NCBI GenBank assembly: GCA_963702205.1
Contig: OY969724.1
Location: 512,001-576,000 of the forward strand
DNA: 64,000 bases
Source of the DNA: an uncultured candidate division Zixibacteria bacterium
GTDB taxonomy: Bacteria > Zixibacteria > MSB-5A5 > GN15 > PGXB01
Direction of reading: 5' to 3'
Shown here: in pieces, positions 9,054 through 19,582 of the stretch
Layout: each line of letters begins with the position of its first letter
Numbering within the stretch: position 1 is the first letter of the stretch
The notes under the pieces: generated by a model
The model's input: the letters and a program-made list of their open reading frames with translations, nothing else
What the model was told of the DNA's origin: nothing
Database searches by the model: none
Program-made: the position numbers and the translations under genes

Positions 9054-11720
9054 ATGCACACGCAAAGGTTGGGAATTAAATTTGCGGTCTCGAGTCTTTT
9101 TATTTTTCTCTTAACCACCACCACTATTTTAGGAAGAGCGAAATTCGACGACGGTAATTACCGTGAGCCGGATCATCAGAAGGCATTAGTAAGTACAGTT
9201 CCCTGTGTCACTTTTGCCATGCACGATATTAACAAAATGGGCCTGGCCGTTTCCAACCAGGGTCATTTCGGGACGGGATTCGCCGGGGGAGGCAGCGGCG
9301 TCGACGACAGCACCGGGGTTGCCCTTCAATCGGCCATGTATCCGTACCCGGGCAATGTCTCATATTTGTTTGCCGGGGCCTTCTGGATAGGCTCTATTGT
9401 GGGACGTGACACTCTTGTCTCGATGGGTGCCGACGGCTGGCTGCAAACCCGTGAGATGTGGCCTCCGACCTGCGGCTTTCCCCAAAACGGCGGGATAAAA
9501 AGGCTGTCCATTTCCGATCCCGAAGACGTTGTCGCCGGGGCTCTGTCCGAACAGGACTATATCGCCATTTATTCCGACACCCTGACCGACAGCCGCTATG
9601 TTATCAATGACGGCTATGACGGTCGCCCTCACCATCCTCTGAATATTGCCGTAACGCAGCGCAGTATGGGTTGGTCATACAGTTACGCCGAAGATTTCAT
9701 CCTGTTCGATTATGCAATCAAAAACATCGGACGACAGGACCTTCAGGCGGTTTATATGGGGATTTACGTTGACGGCGACGTCGGCCCGTCCAGCAGAGAC
9801 CCAAACGAAGCCCTGGACGATATCTGCGGGTTCAAGCAGTGGATACCCAGCCCCATGCAGAATGTCGATCCCGCCTGCGGGTTCATCGATACCATAAACA
9901 TCGCCTGGATTTCCGACAACGATGGCCGTACTAACAACACCGGTCAACCGTCATGTCCGGCCGGTTTTGATTTTACCAGCGTTACCGGAACCCGCGTAGT
10001 TAGAACACCGTCGGATTCATTGAAATATTCCTTTAACTGGTGGATTTCCAATGGCAATCCAAGCCAGGATTTCGGACCGAGAAAATCAGGTACTCCCCAG
10101 GACCCTTTCCGCGACTTCGGCGGTTTTCTGGGAACACCTGAAGGAGACCGCAATAAGTATTATATAATGCGGCACGAGGAGTTCGATTACGATCAGATAT
10201 TCAGCAATGTCGACCAGACCGCCGAAGGGTGGCTGGCCCCTTCGGATGACGGCGATGATTTCGCCAATGGCTACGATACTCGTTATCTTTTATCTTTCGG
10301 ACCGTTCGACATTTCTCCGGGAGAGATCCTGCGCGTCAGCTTTGCCTATGTGGGAGGTGAAAGATTCCTGACCGATTGCGACGCCTTCAACGACCGGTGG
10401 AGCAGCCAAAACCCTCAGGAATATTACAATTACCTTAATTTTCACGATCTCGGCCTCAATTCGGTCTGGGCGTCGTGGATTTATGATAATCCTAATCGCG
10501 ATTCCAACGGCAATAAATACTTCGGGAAATACCGCGTTTGCTGCAAAGACACATCCGAGGTCATAACCGTTATTTCCGAAGATCCCCTCGTGACGGAAAC
10601 CACCATGGTTTGTAATAGAGCCGATACGATGTGGTACGAGGGCGACGGTATACCCGATTTCGAGGGCGCCCAACCCCCAATTGCCCCTAAATTCTGGACT
10701 TATCCCCGGGTCAACGAATTCAACGAAGGCGAATTGGTGGTTCGATTCAATGGTTTCGAATCCGAAACGGTTCCCGACAATTTCAGCGGCGAGCTCGATT
10801 TCGAGGGTTATCGCGTCTGGAGCGCTCTATCTTCCGATCCGGATGAATTCAGCCGCCTGGCGAGTTTCGACATCGAGGATTTTAACCGTTGGGAGTACGA
10901 CAGCGACAACGGCATCTGGGTCATTCGCCGCATCCCTTTCACGCTGGCGGAGCTCCACAGCCTGTACGGAAATGACTTCAACCCCGATAATTATACCCGT
11001 GATAATTTGTACTACGATGAGAATGAAGGGCAATACTTCTGGTTTTCGCCGCAGGACTGGAACCAATCCAGCCTGACCGACACGACTATCATCCAAAAAA
11101 AATATCCTGACGAACTTTCCCCCACGATTCTCGACCCGGATTCGGCCGCGATTTACTACCCCGAAGAACTCACCGACGACGGGTATTTCAAATATTACGA
11201 GTATGAATACACGATCCGCAAGCTGCTGCCGTCACAGTTGTACGATGTGGCCGTGACGGCTTTCGACTACGGCTCTCCGGTCAGCGGCCTGCCGTCTCTG
11301 GAAACGGCCATCAGCCGCAACATGATGGCGGCGTACGCCCAAAACAGCAATTCCGAAGTGGAGCGGCGCGGCCTCAACGTTGTCGTCTATCCCAATCCGT
11401 ATCGTATCGACGGCAATTATCAGAGCGTCGAAGGAGGCGCGTTCGAGGGGCGCAATGTCGATCCATCGTTGTCGAGCGACCGTAAACGGGCGATCCATTT
11501 TTCCAACCTGCCGAATAAATGCACTATTCGGATTTTCTCGATAGACGGCGACCTTATCCGTCAGATAGAACACGACATGCCCAAAGATGAACCGACAAGC
11601 ATGCACGACAGCTGGGACCTGATAACCCGCAATACACAATCGGTCGTTTCGGGGATTTATTATTATTCGGTGGAATCGGAGTACGGCCACCAGATTGGCA
11701 AGCTGGTTATAATTTTGTAG
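9054..11720 (+). CDS. Large secreted protein with FN3-like region and C-terminal FlgD/T9SS-like domain
   Basis: GGAGG RBS before ATG 9054; signal peptide; C-terminus VVVYPNPYR...TIRIFSIDGDLIR...WDLITRN...SGIYYY...KLVIIL. Confidence 0.82.
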   Translation: MHTQRLGIKFAVSSLFIFLLTTTTILGRAKFDDGNYREPDHQKALVSTVPCVTFAMHDINKMGLAVSNQGHFGTGFAGGGSGVDDSTGVALQSAMYPYPGNVSYLFAGAFWIGSIVGRDTLVSMGADGWLQTREMWPPTCGFPQNGGIKRLSISDPEDVVAGALSEQDYIAIYSDTLTDSRYVINDGYDGRPHHPLNIAVTQRSMGWSYSYAEDFILFDYAIKNIGRQDLQAVYMGIYVDGDVGPSSRDPNEALDDICGFKQWIPSPMQNVDPACGFIDTINIAWISDNDGRTNNTGQPSCPAGFDFTSVTGTRVVRTPSDSLKYSFNWWISNGNPSQDFGPRKSGTPQDPFRDFGGFLGTPEGDRNKYYIMRHEEFDYDQIFSNVDQTAEGWLAPSDDGDDFANGYDTRYLLSFGPFDISPGEILRVSFAYVGGERFLTDCDAFNDRWSSQNPQEYYNYLNFHDLGLNSVWASWIYDNPNRDSNGNKYFGKYRVCCKDTSEVITVISEDPLVTETTMVCNRADTMWYEGDGIPDFEGAQPPIAPKFWTYPRVNEFNEGELVVRFNGFESETVPDNFSGELDFEGYRVWSALSSDPDEFSRLASFDIEDFNRWEYDSDNGIWVIRRIPFTLAELHSLYGNDFNPDNYTRDNLYYDENEGQYFWFSPQDWNQSSLTDTTIIQKKYPDELSPTILDPDSAAIYYPEELTDDGYFKYYEYEYTIRKLLPSQLYDVAVTAFDYGSPVSGLPSLETAISRNMMAAYAQNSNSEVERRGLNVVVYPNPYRIDGNYQSVEGGAFEGRNVDPSLSSDRKRAIHFSNLPNKCTIRIFSIDGDLIRQIEHDMPKDEPTSMHDSWDLITRNTQSVVSGIYYYSVESEYGHQIGKLVIIL

Positions 11721-11750
11721 GCGTTTGCCCACGAAATTGCGCGTTCAGTA

Positions 11751-11781
11751 CGGGGCGGCCATGTTGCCGCCCCTGTTTTTT
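11751..11781 (+). terminator. Intrinsic terminator
   Basis: GGGGCGGC-CATGTT-GCCGCCCC followed by TGTTTTTT. Confidence 0.75.
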
Positions 11782-11784
11782 AAG

Positions 11785-12042
11785 TCAATCTCCGGCTTTC
11801 AGCAAATCGTACGGGTTAAAAACCTTTTTCACGATCGGCTCGATTTCGCTCTGGGTATACGCACGAAAGGTCTGGGTACGGACGTTACCCAGGCTGGACA
11901 GGCTGTAGGAATGAGCCATGGCGTCTTCTTCGCTTTCCACTTCGAAAATGTGCACGACGTCGAAAACACCGGCGGTCCAGAAAGTATTTACTATTTTTAT
12001 GCCCCTCTGCTTCGCCTGCCGGAATTCAAAAATATCCCAACG
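11785..12042 (-). pseudogene. GYD-domain protein remnant, N-terminus lost (absent from the ORF track)
   Basis: Manual translation: ...QAKQRGIKIVNTFWTAGVFDVVHIFEVESEEDAMAHSYSLSSLGNVRTQTFRAYTQSEIEPIVKKV...*. In-frame TAG at 12043-12045 and no matching start. Confidence 0.7.
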
Positions 12043-12115
12043 CTATTCTTCATAAGAATTCAGAACCTTCGGGCGGTGGGGCATCCCAATGTCGATATGA
12101 GTTATGATAAATATT

Positions 12116-12290
12116 CGTACATAAAAAATACGCCATCAGGGATTCGCAAAGTCCTGAACGTAGTGAAGGAAACCCCGGACCGACTGACCACAATTCCGTA
12201 CATAAAAAATACGCCATCAGTGATTCGCAAAGTCCTGAACGTAGTGAAGGAAACCCCGGACCGACTGACCACAATTCCGTACATAAAAAA
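12116..12290. repeat. 81-bp tandem repeats derived from the 3' half of tRNA-Lys(CTT)
   Basis: CGTACATAAAAAATACGCCATCAG starts at 12116, 12197 and 12278 (period 81). Confidence 0.95.
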
Positions 12291-12363
12291 TACGCCATCA
12301 GGGATTCGAACCCCGGACCGACTGATTAAGAGTCAGCTGCTCTACCAACTGAGCTAATGGCGC
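12291..12363 (-). tRNA. tRNA-Lys (CTT); CCA not encoded
   Basis: GCGCCATTAGCTCAGTTGGTAGAGCAGCTGACTCTTAATCAGTCGGTCCGGGGTTCGAATCCCTGATGGCGTA folds as a cloverleaf. Confidence 0.96.
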
Positions 12364-12377
12364 ATTTCCAAAATTTG

Positions 12378-12449
12378 TGAGGGTGGAAGGGATCGAACCT
12401 TCGACCACCTGCTTAAAAGGCAGATGCTCTACCACTGAGCTACACCCCC
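12378..12449 (-). tRNA. tRNA-Lys (TTT); CCA not encoded
   Basis: GGGGGTGTAGCTCAGTGGTAGAGCATCTGCCTTTTAAGCAGGTGGTCGAAGGTTCGATCCCTTCCACCCTCA. Confidence 0.96.
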
Positions 12450-12468
12450 GGCCTTAAAGGCGAATCAC

Positions 12469-12496
12469 ATTATAAAAAAAGCCGAGGATATGTCAA
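12469..12496 (-). promoter_or_regulatory. tRNA operon promoter
   Basis: Exact TTGACA-N16-TATAAT about 20 nt upstream of the first tRNA. Confidence 0.85.
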
Positions 12497-12509
12497 CATC
12501 CTTTTTGCC

Positions 12510-13034
12510 CTATTTGACGATATCCACCAGTTCGACGTCGAAAATGAGGGTCGCATTGGGCGGTATAACTCCCGGATAGCCTTTATTACCATACGCCAGT
12601 TCCGGCGGAATCGTCAGCTTGCGCTTCTCACCCACTTTCATATCCAGCAAAGCCTCGTCCCAGCCCTTTATAACTTTGCCAACCCCGACCTGGAACTGAA
12701 GCGGTTCGCCACGGTCGACCGAGCTGTCGAATTTCTTACCGTCGACCAGCCAGCCCGTATAGTGGGCCTTGACGATATCGCCTTTTTTCGGGACCGGGCC
12801 GGTGCCTTCTTTCAGCACGATATATTTCAGACCCGATTTGGTCGTGATTTCTTTCTGAGCCGTTTCATCTTTTTTCGCCGACGCGCTGTCGGCGGGCATA
12901 TCCCTGGATTCCGAAGTCATAGCGGTACTTTCTTTTGCGTCCTTTTTAACTGCTTTAGTGGAGTCCGACATATCGGCAAAAGCCGTCGCGAATAAGAAAA
13001 GCAGCGTCAGCGTCACCAATGTAAATTTAAGCAC
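12510..13034 (-). CDS. Exported FKBP-type peptidyl-prolyl isomerase
   Basis: GGAGG RBS with GTG at 13034; signal peptide; [43 protein letters not shown]. Confidence 0.93.
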   Translation of the reverse strand: MLKFTLVTLTLLFLFATAFADMSDSTKAVKKDAKESTAMTSESRDMPADSASAKKDETAQKEITTKSGLKYIVLKEGTGPVPKKGDIVKAHYTGWLVDGKKFDSSVDRGEPLQFQVGVGKVIKGWDEALLDMKVGEKRKLTIPPELAYGNKGYPGVIPPNATLIFDVELVDIVK

Positions 13035-13144
13035 GATTATTCCTCCCCGGCAAAAATTAAGGGTGAACAAATCCAATATATGCTATACGTATGGAATTGT
13101 CCACCCTCAAAAAACAATCGAGTATATCGAGTATATCGACTATA

Positions 13145-15043
13145 TCAGCTTCCCAGCAGCTCCTTTTCGTACTGGTCAACCAGTTCCTTAAGAATCTTGA
13201 AAACGTTGTTGACCGGTTCGGGCGAGGTCATATCGATGCCGGCTTTCTTTAAGATGTCGATCGGGTAGGCCGACGAGCCGGTTTTGATAAACTGCAGGTA
13301 CGCCTCTTTCGCCCCGGGCTTGCCGTCGAGAATCATCTGCGACAACATCTGCGACGCGGCATAGCTGGTGGCGTACTGGTAGACGTAGAACTCCCGATAA
13401 AAATGACTTATCCGCAGGCAGCCGATGTCGTTGATCGGCAGCAGGTCCACGTCGGGTCCTTCGTATTTTTCGAAAATTTCGCGGTACATCGCACGCATCG
13501 ATTCGGCCGTCAAAGCGCCGCCGTTTTCGATCGTCTCGTGCGCTTTCAGTTCGAATTCGGTGAACATCACCTGCATGAAGAACGTCCCGATAATCTGTTG
13601 AATGTAATAATCAAGCAGGTACAGCCGCTCTTTCTTGTCTTTGGAGTGCTTCAGCAGATATTTGAGCATGATCGATTCGTTGCAGGTCGAGGCCACCTCG
13701 GCGCAGAACAGCGAATGACCGGCATAGATGTATGGTTCGTTTTTGTTGGTATAATAGCCGTGCATGGCGTGACCCATCTCGTGGGCCAGCGTCGATACCG
13801 AGTTTAGTGTTCCGTTATAGTTGAGAAGCATCACCGGGTGGACGGCATACGTGCCCCAGGTGTACGCACCCGTGCCCTTGGCTTTGGTTTCGTAGACGTC
13901 GATCCAGCGTGAATCGAAAGCTTTCTTGACGTTGTCCAGATAATCCTGCCCGAGCGGCTTGAGCGCGGTCAGGACCATTTTTTGGGCGGTCGGGTAATCG
14001 TAATTAATGTCCGGCTTTTCGACCAGCGGGATATACAAATCGTATTTGTACAGCGTGTCGTAGCCGAGGACTTTCTTTCTCAGTGCGTTATATTTATAAA
14101 TTATGGGCAGATTATCATTGGTGGCCTTGACCAGATTGTCAACGACCTCTTCAGGGATATCATTGCCGAACAGCGAATTGGCCAGGCACGATTTATAATC
14201 GCGGGCCTGGGCGACAAAATAATCCGACTGAATCGACGCCGCCATGGTGGCACCGAGGCTGTTCTGGACTTTGGCGTAGGCGCTGTCGTAAGCGGTCGCC
14301 GCGCGTTTTCTCAGTTCACGACCGCCTTCATCGAGAATCCGGCTGTAGCGTTCGGGCGTCAGTTCGATTTCACTGCCGTCGGTATCCTTGATCGTCCCGT
14401 AATTCATGTCGGCCGTTTCCAGCATATTGAAAATATCGCTGGGCGTACGCATCAACGGCGAGGCCATCGCCAGGACTTTTTCCACTTCGGGTGACATGAT
14501 GTGCGCCTTGCGGCGGATCAGGTCTTCGAGATAGAATCGATATATGCCGAGACGTTTATTGGAATCGATAAACTGTTCGAGCTTGTCGTTGTCGATCTGG
14601 AGAATCTCCGGTTCGGCGCAGGATGTGACCTGGCTGAGCTGCGAGCTCAGAGCGTATGCACGCTGACTCATCTCCTGGTACTTGCTGATGCGGTTGTCTT
14701 CGTCGCGCTTGAGATTGGCGTAGACGAACAACCGGTGCAGGTTCATGCCGAGTGAATCCGAGCGTTCCAGAAATTCGGCCAGTTCGTCCGATGATTCGCC
14801 GAGATGACCCTCGTACCCGGCCATGGTCGGAATGACTTCTTTGAGGCTGGCCAGATTCGCTTCCCAGTCATCATCGCTGGCGAAGAAATCGGTCAAATCC
14901 CATTTGTATTGATCCTCGATCTGGTCGCGGGTCGGAATTTCATCGACCTGCGCCACGACCGGAGAGTTCCACATCGCGGCCAGCATAAGCATCGCGAACA
15001 GACCGGCCAGAATGCGGAAACCTTGGTGCTTGGACATTAACAT
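13145..15043 (-). CDS. pepF: Oligoendopeptidase F (M3B) with signal peptide
   Basis: YKWDL N-terminal motif, RWIDVY, TLAHEMGHAMH zinc motif, AEVAST, HFY..FYVYQYA. Confidence 0.93.
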   Translation of the reverse strand: MLMSKHQGFRILAGLFAMLMLAAMWNSPVVAQVDEIPTRDQIEDQYKWDLTDFFASDDDWEANLASLKEVIPTMAGYEGHLGESSDELAEFLERSDSLGMNLHRLFVYANLKRDEDNRISKYQEMSQRAYALSSQLSQVTSCAEPEILQIDNDKLEQFIDSNKRLGIYRFYLEDLIRRKAHIMSPEVEKVLAMASPLMRTPSDIFNMLETADMNYGTIKDTDGSEIELTPERYSRILDEGGRELRKRAATAYDSAYAKVQNSLGATMAASIQSDYFVAQARDYKSCLANSLFGNDIPEEVVDNLVKATNDNLPIIYKYNALRKKVLGYDTLYKYDLYIPLVEKPDINYDYPTAQKMVLTALKPLGQDYLDNVKKAFDSRWIDVYETKAKGTGAYTWGTYAVHPVMLLNYNGTLNSVSTLAHEMGHAMHGYYTNKNEPYIYAGHSLFCAEVASTCNESIMLKYLLKHSKDKKERLYLLDYYIQQIIGTFFMQVMFTEFELKAHETIENGGALTAESMRAMYREIFEKYEGPDVDLLPINDIGCLRISHFYREFYVYQYATSYAASQMLSQMILDGKPGAKEAYLQFIKTGSSAYPIDILKKAGIDMTSPEPVNNVFKILKELVDQYEKELLGS

Positions 15044-15342
15044 TCCTCCTGTTTATTTCATTGAAAAAGCGGATTTATCGCGCTTTCGGTGGCAGGCATA
15101 AATCCATCCATTATTGTGGATTACGTTTCAAATTTAATAAGGTTTAAAGATATACGAATATTTATTTCCATCAAGACTTATAATCAGCGGTTTTGGGCGG
15201 CGATGTCCAAATACTTTAACGCCCGGATTTTGGGACACAATATATAGAAGTGGTCCCGAACGAGGCAGCCGTAAGGCGGCCGGGATAGGCGATTTTATCC
15301 AAAAAAATCACGATTTATGCCCCCCTTTAAGGCAAATACCTA

Positions 15343-15370
15343 TTGACAAACCCCGGAAAATTTCTAAAAT
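15343..15370 (+). promoter_or_regulatory. gdhA promoter
   Basis: TTGACA-N16-TAAAAT. Confidence 0.6.
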
Positions 15371-15387
15371 AGACTGACAAAATGAAC

Positions 15388-15405
15388 TTGTGAAATTTTT
15401 AACAA
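15388..15405. promoter_or_regulatory. Rex-like operator downstream of the gdhA promoter
   Basis: TTGTGAA-ATTT-TTAACAA versus Rex consensus TTGTGAA-N4-TTCACAA. Confidence 0.55.
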
Positions 15406-15435
15406 ACTATTTTGCGATACTAAAACACAATCTGA

Positions 15436-16791
<1,356 letters not shown>

Positions 16792-16819
16792 TTAAGACGT
16801 TACGTGCTTTATATACACG

Positions 16820-16850
16820 AAGCGGGAGTCATCCGACTCCCGCTTTTTAT
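16820..16850 (+). terminator. gdhA terminator
   Basis: AAGCGGGAGTC-ATCC-GACTCCCGCTT followed by a T tract. Confidence 0.9.
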
Positions 16851-16869
16851 TTGCACTATACTTGAACCA

Positions 16870-17540
16870 GTAGGTCGGGTTCTGAATCCCGTGCAACGGG
16901 ATGAAAAACCCGACATCTTTAATAATGTCATTCCCCAAATACCCTCTAATGTCATTCCCTAAATGTCCCCCAAAATGTCATTCCCGACTTGATCGGGAAT
17001 CCATCTTCTTCTTTCAAATCTTGTAACCCACCCAACGGGTGGTTGGTTATGAATATGCACCTGCGTAAGGAACCCTACCCTAAAGGGCCTGTTGAAAAAG
17101 GGGTACAAATATGTTCCATCAGGTGCTGATCCCGACGAAATCGGGATTGATGCCTGACGGCCCTTTGCCCTCAATACTCTTAAGACTGTCAGGTCACACG
17201 CCCCGATAAATCGGGACGCAAGACCTGGCAGAACTGAAACTCGTACGTTGTGATCGGCGGGTCCTCGGACCCGCCGACAACCCGGTCGGTCTGAGGACCA
17301 ACCGGGCACAACGCCGGGACACAGGACCTGACAGAACGGTTGAAACTCCGGTAGGTCGGGTTCTGAATCCCGTGTAACGGGATGAAAAACCCGACATCTT
17401 TAATAATGTCATTCCCCAAATACCCTCAAATGTTATTCCCTAAATGTCCCCCAAAATGTCATTCCCGACTTGATCGGGAATCCGGTTCATAGTCTGGCAG
17501 ATCATGCAATCATTTTGTGAATGTCGACGAACCCGACCTA
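16870..17540. repeat. Cluster of REP-like hairpins including a ~133-bp direct repeat (16870-17002 and 17351-17483)
   Basis: GTAG-GTCGGGTT...AACCCGAC nested hairpins, TGTCATTCCCGACTTGATCGGGAATCC, CGGCGGGTCCTCGGACCCGCCG. Confidence 0.9.
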
Positions 17541-17631
17541 TTTTTTGCTGACATAGGTTTAATAATTGCGAAAATCAACAAGAGTGGCAATTTATAATCT
17601 TATTTGAGAATTTATCGGCTTAAGTTCATTA

Positions 17632-18018
17632 TTAGTCATTAGAGAAATTCTCTGCAAAAAAATCTTTTATATCTTGAGGCGTTCTTTTCGAATTCATTAG
17701 CCCTTCTTGAAGTTCTTTAATTTTTGCGTCATCGAATTTTTCTCGTGGCTCAATCATTCGCCCTTTAACGCGTCTAATAATATCTTCTTTTTTAAGTATT
17801 CTGGCATCCGAGAAACTAACAACAGTTTCGTGTCTAATAAAATTATGATCGCCTGGCAAAAGTATAACTGTAGTATCAGAATGAGTTTTTCTAGAAGTTA
17901 AATAAACGACAATGACTTCTTCGGAAATGTCCGTTGCGGGAGTAATAACCACCCAGAGATGACCGTTCAATAAGAAAGTAGAGCCGCAACAACAATCGAA
18001 ATTTACTTGATTAATCAA
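17632..18018 (-). CDS. Putative toxin, PemK/MazF-like fold (PanT partner)
   Basis: HLWVVIT...VIVVYLTS...DTTVILLPGDHNFIRHETVV; overlaps the antitoxin stop by 8 nt. Confidence 0.62.
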   Translation of the reverse strand: MINQVNFDCCCGSTFLLNGHLWVVITPATDISEEVIVVYLTSRKTHSDTTVILLPGDHNFIRHETVVSFSDARILKKEDIIRRVKGRMIEPREKFDDAKIKELQEGLMNSKRTPQDIKDFFAENFSND

Positions 18019-18559
18019 ACATTTGATCCAATAGTGCTATGTTTTCCAAATCGTTAATTATTGCTTCAATTTCGGCCTCTGTCTTATTACTTGCCCGCAA
18101 AATTTCTCTATAATCAATCCTAATGGATGATCCTTCGGGGTTTTCCCATTCGCCTAATGAATGTGTAAAGTCTCTAAGCTCCCAACGCGACTTACATCCA
18201 AATTCATTAAATATATCAATTAGGATTTGTTTCTCTGCCTCAGATAATTTTCCAATTCCAGGGTCTTCCTTAAGTGTGACTTCATGATTTGTCGGTGGAG
18301 TAATGAATTTGTTCCAGTAATCTCCGGCATTGGATTCCCCGTGCATTAGATTAAGAGTCATACTCAATACTGGTCCCTGATCCATTGAAACACATGAATC
18401 AAACGTTATTGGCCTTCCCAGACGATTAAGAGACTCCCGCTCCGAAAGATAAAGCAATTTCATAAGCTTAAGATGACTCATCGTATTGTTATTACCCCTA
18501 AGCTTTAGCAAAAAGGCTGCAGCCTGAGTGGCTTTATCTTCTCTAAATGATGGTTTCAT
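18011..18559 (-). CDS. Panacea (DUF4065/SocA-like) antitoxin
   Basis: KATQAAAFLL...LKLMKLLYLSER...GRPIT..D....MDQGPV, LRDFTH..EW. Confidence 0.88.
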   Translation of the reverse strand: MKPSFREDKATQAAAFLLKLRGNNNTMSHLKLMKLLYLSERESLNRLGRPITFDSCVSMDQGPVLSMTLNLMHGESNAGDYWNKFITPPTNHEVTLKEDPGIGKLSEAEKQILIDIFNEFGCKSRWELRDFTHSLGEWENPEGSSIRIDYREILRASNKTEAEIEAIINDLENIALLDQMFD

Positions 18560-18614
18560 GGCTATTAATAATATCGACTAAAAACCCTTTATTCACAATC
18601 ACATTTTCTATAGT

Positions 18615-18644
18615 ATTATACACCTATCTTTAGAAACGTGTCAA
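18615..18644 (-). promoter_or_regulatory. Promoter of the toxin-antitoxin pair
   Basis: TTGACA-N18-TATAAT. Confidence 0.6.
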
Positions 18645-18665
18645 TTACAAATTGCTCAGCCCTTT

Positions 18666-18700
18666 TGTCGGGTTTCTCGAAGACTCGGAACCCGACCTAC
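18666..18700. repeat. Single GTAG-REP-like hairpin (reverse orientation)
   Basis: TGTCGGGTTTC...GAACCCGAC-CTAC. Confidence 0.8.
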
Positions 18701-18756
18701 TTTTGGCTTTTTAATTTGATTTATGGGCCACTATCGTTATTTATTAATTCCATAAA

Positions 18757-19554
18757 TTGGAGCACTCCTTGACCGACGGAAAACAACAATTTCAGGATCT
18801 GGCCGGGGCATATCAAAAATGCCGGCCGTCATATCCGGATGAAATATTCCGGACTCTGCACCGCTACGTGTCCGCCGCTGGACTCTCAACCCGGCGCATC
18901 ATCGACGTCGGTTCCGGCACCGGCATCTCGACCCGTCTCCTCGCTCAAAATTTCGGACAAGAGTACAGCATTATCGGCGTCGAACCGGGCAAAGCCATGC
19001 TCGAACAGGCCCACGCCGGCTCTGGCGAATTCAAAAATATAACCTTCGTCAACGGTGCGGCCGAAAATCTTCCGATCGAAACCGCCTCCGCCGAACTTAT
19101 AACCGTGGCACAGGCGGCCCATTGGTTCGACCGCGGCCTCTTCTATGCCGAAACCGCGCGCATTCTCGAACCCGGCGGCTATCTGGGCATCATGCAAAAC
19201 AATCGCCGCTGGGACGAAGACGAATTCCAGGGCCTTTTCGAAGATTTCCTCGAGAAGTACAGCCCCAACTATACCCGTTATTACCGCGATTTCGATTTCC
19301 TCGGTGAGCTACAAAACTCCGATCATTTCAATAACGCCGAAAAAATAGTCGAACGCTGGGAGCGGAGCATGACCGCCGATGAATTTGTCGGGCTGTGCCT
19401 GTCGACAACATACATAGACCGCATCGTAAAAAAACTCGGCCGCGATGAAACGGTTGTTCTCATACGAAAGCTGATTTCGGCGCATCATAAAACCGGTCAG
19501 CCGGTCGTCGTCCCCTACCGCACCGAGCTATATCTCGCCCGGCGCAGCAAATAG
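18757..19554 (+). CDS. Class I SAM-dependent methyltransferase
   Basis: Y..CRPSYP, IDVGSGTGIST, GVEP, AQAAHWFD, ILEPGG. Confidence 0.92.
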   Translation: MEHSLTDGKQQFQDLAGAYQKCRPSYPDEIFRTLHRYVSAAGLSTRRIIDVGSGTGISTRLLAQNFGQEYSIIGVEPGKAMLEQAHAGSGEFKNITFVNGAAENLPIETASAELITVAQAAHWFDRGLFYAETARILEPGGYLGIMQNNRRWDEDEFQGLFEDFLEKYSPNYTRYYRDFDFLGELQNSDHFNNAEKIVERWERSMTADEFVGLCLSTTYIDRIVKKLGRDETVVLIRKLISAHHKTGQPVVVPYRTELYLARRSK

Positions 19555-19582
19555 CAGAAACTAATCCGATACAAATGTTCCG

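Noticed and set aside
12116..12290. CRISPR array
   Set aside because: Units repeat in full with no unique spacers, derive from tRNA, and no cas operon is present.
11725..12357. ORFs with 27-aa repeats (210, 82 and 60 aa)
   Set aside because: They are translations of the 81-bp tRNA-derived repeat, the tRNA and the antisense of the GYD remnant.
15235..15250. NrdR-box-like ACACAATATATAG
   Set aside because: Single copy with no nrd gene nearby; NrdR boxes normally occur in tandem.
16959..17419. Short ORFs in REP clusters (also 19460-20034 and 23126-23335)
   Set aside because: Translations of palindromic repeats (WIPDQVGND, VILAKAGIQ).
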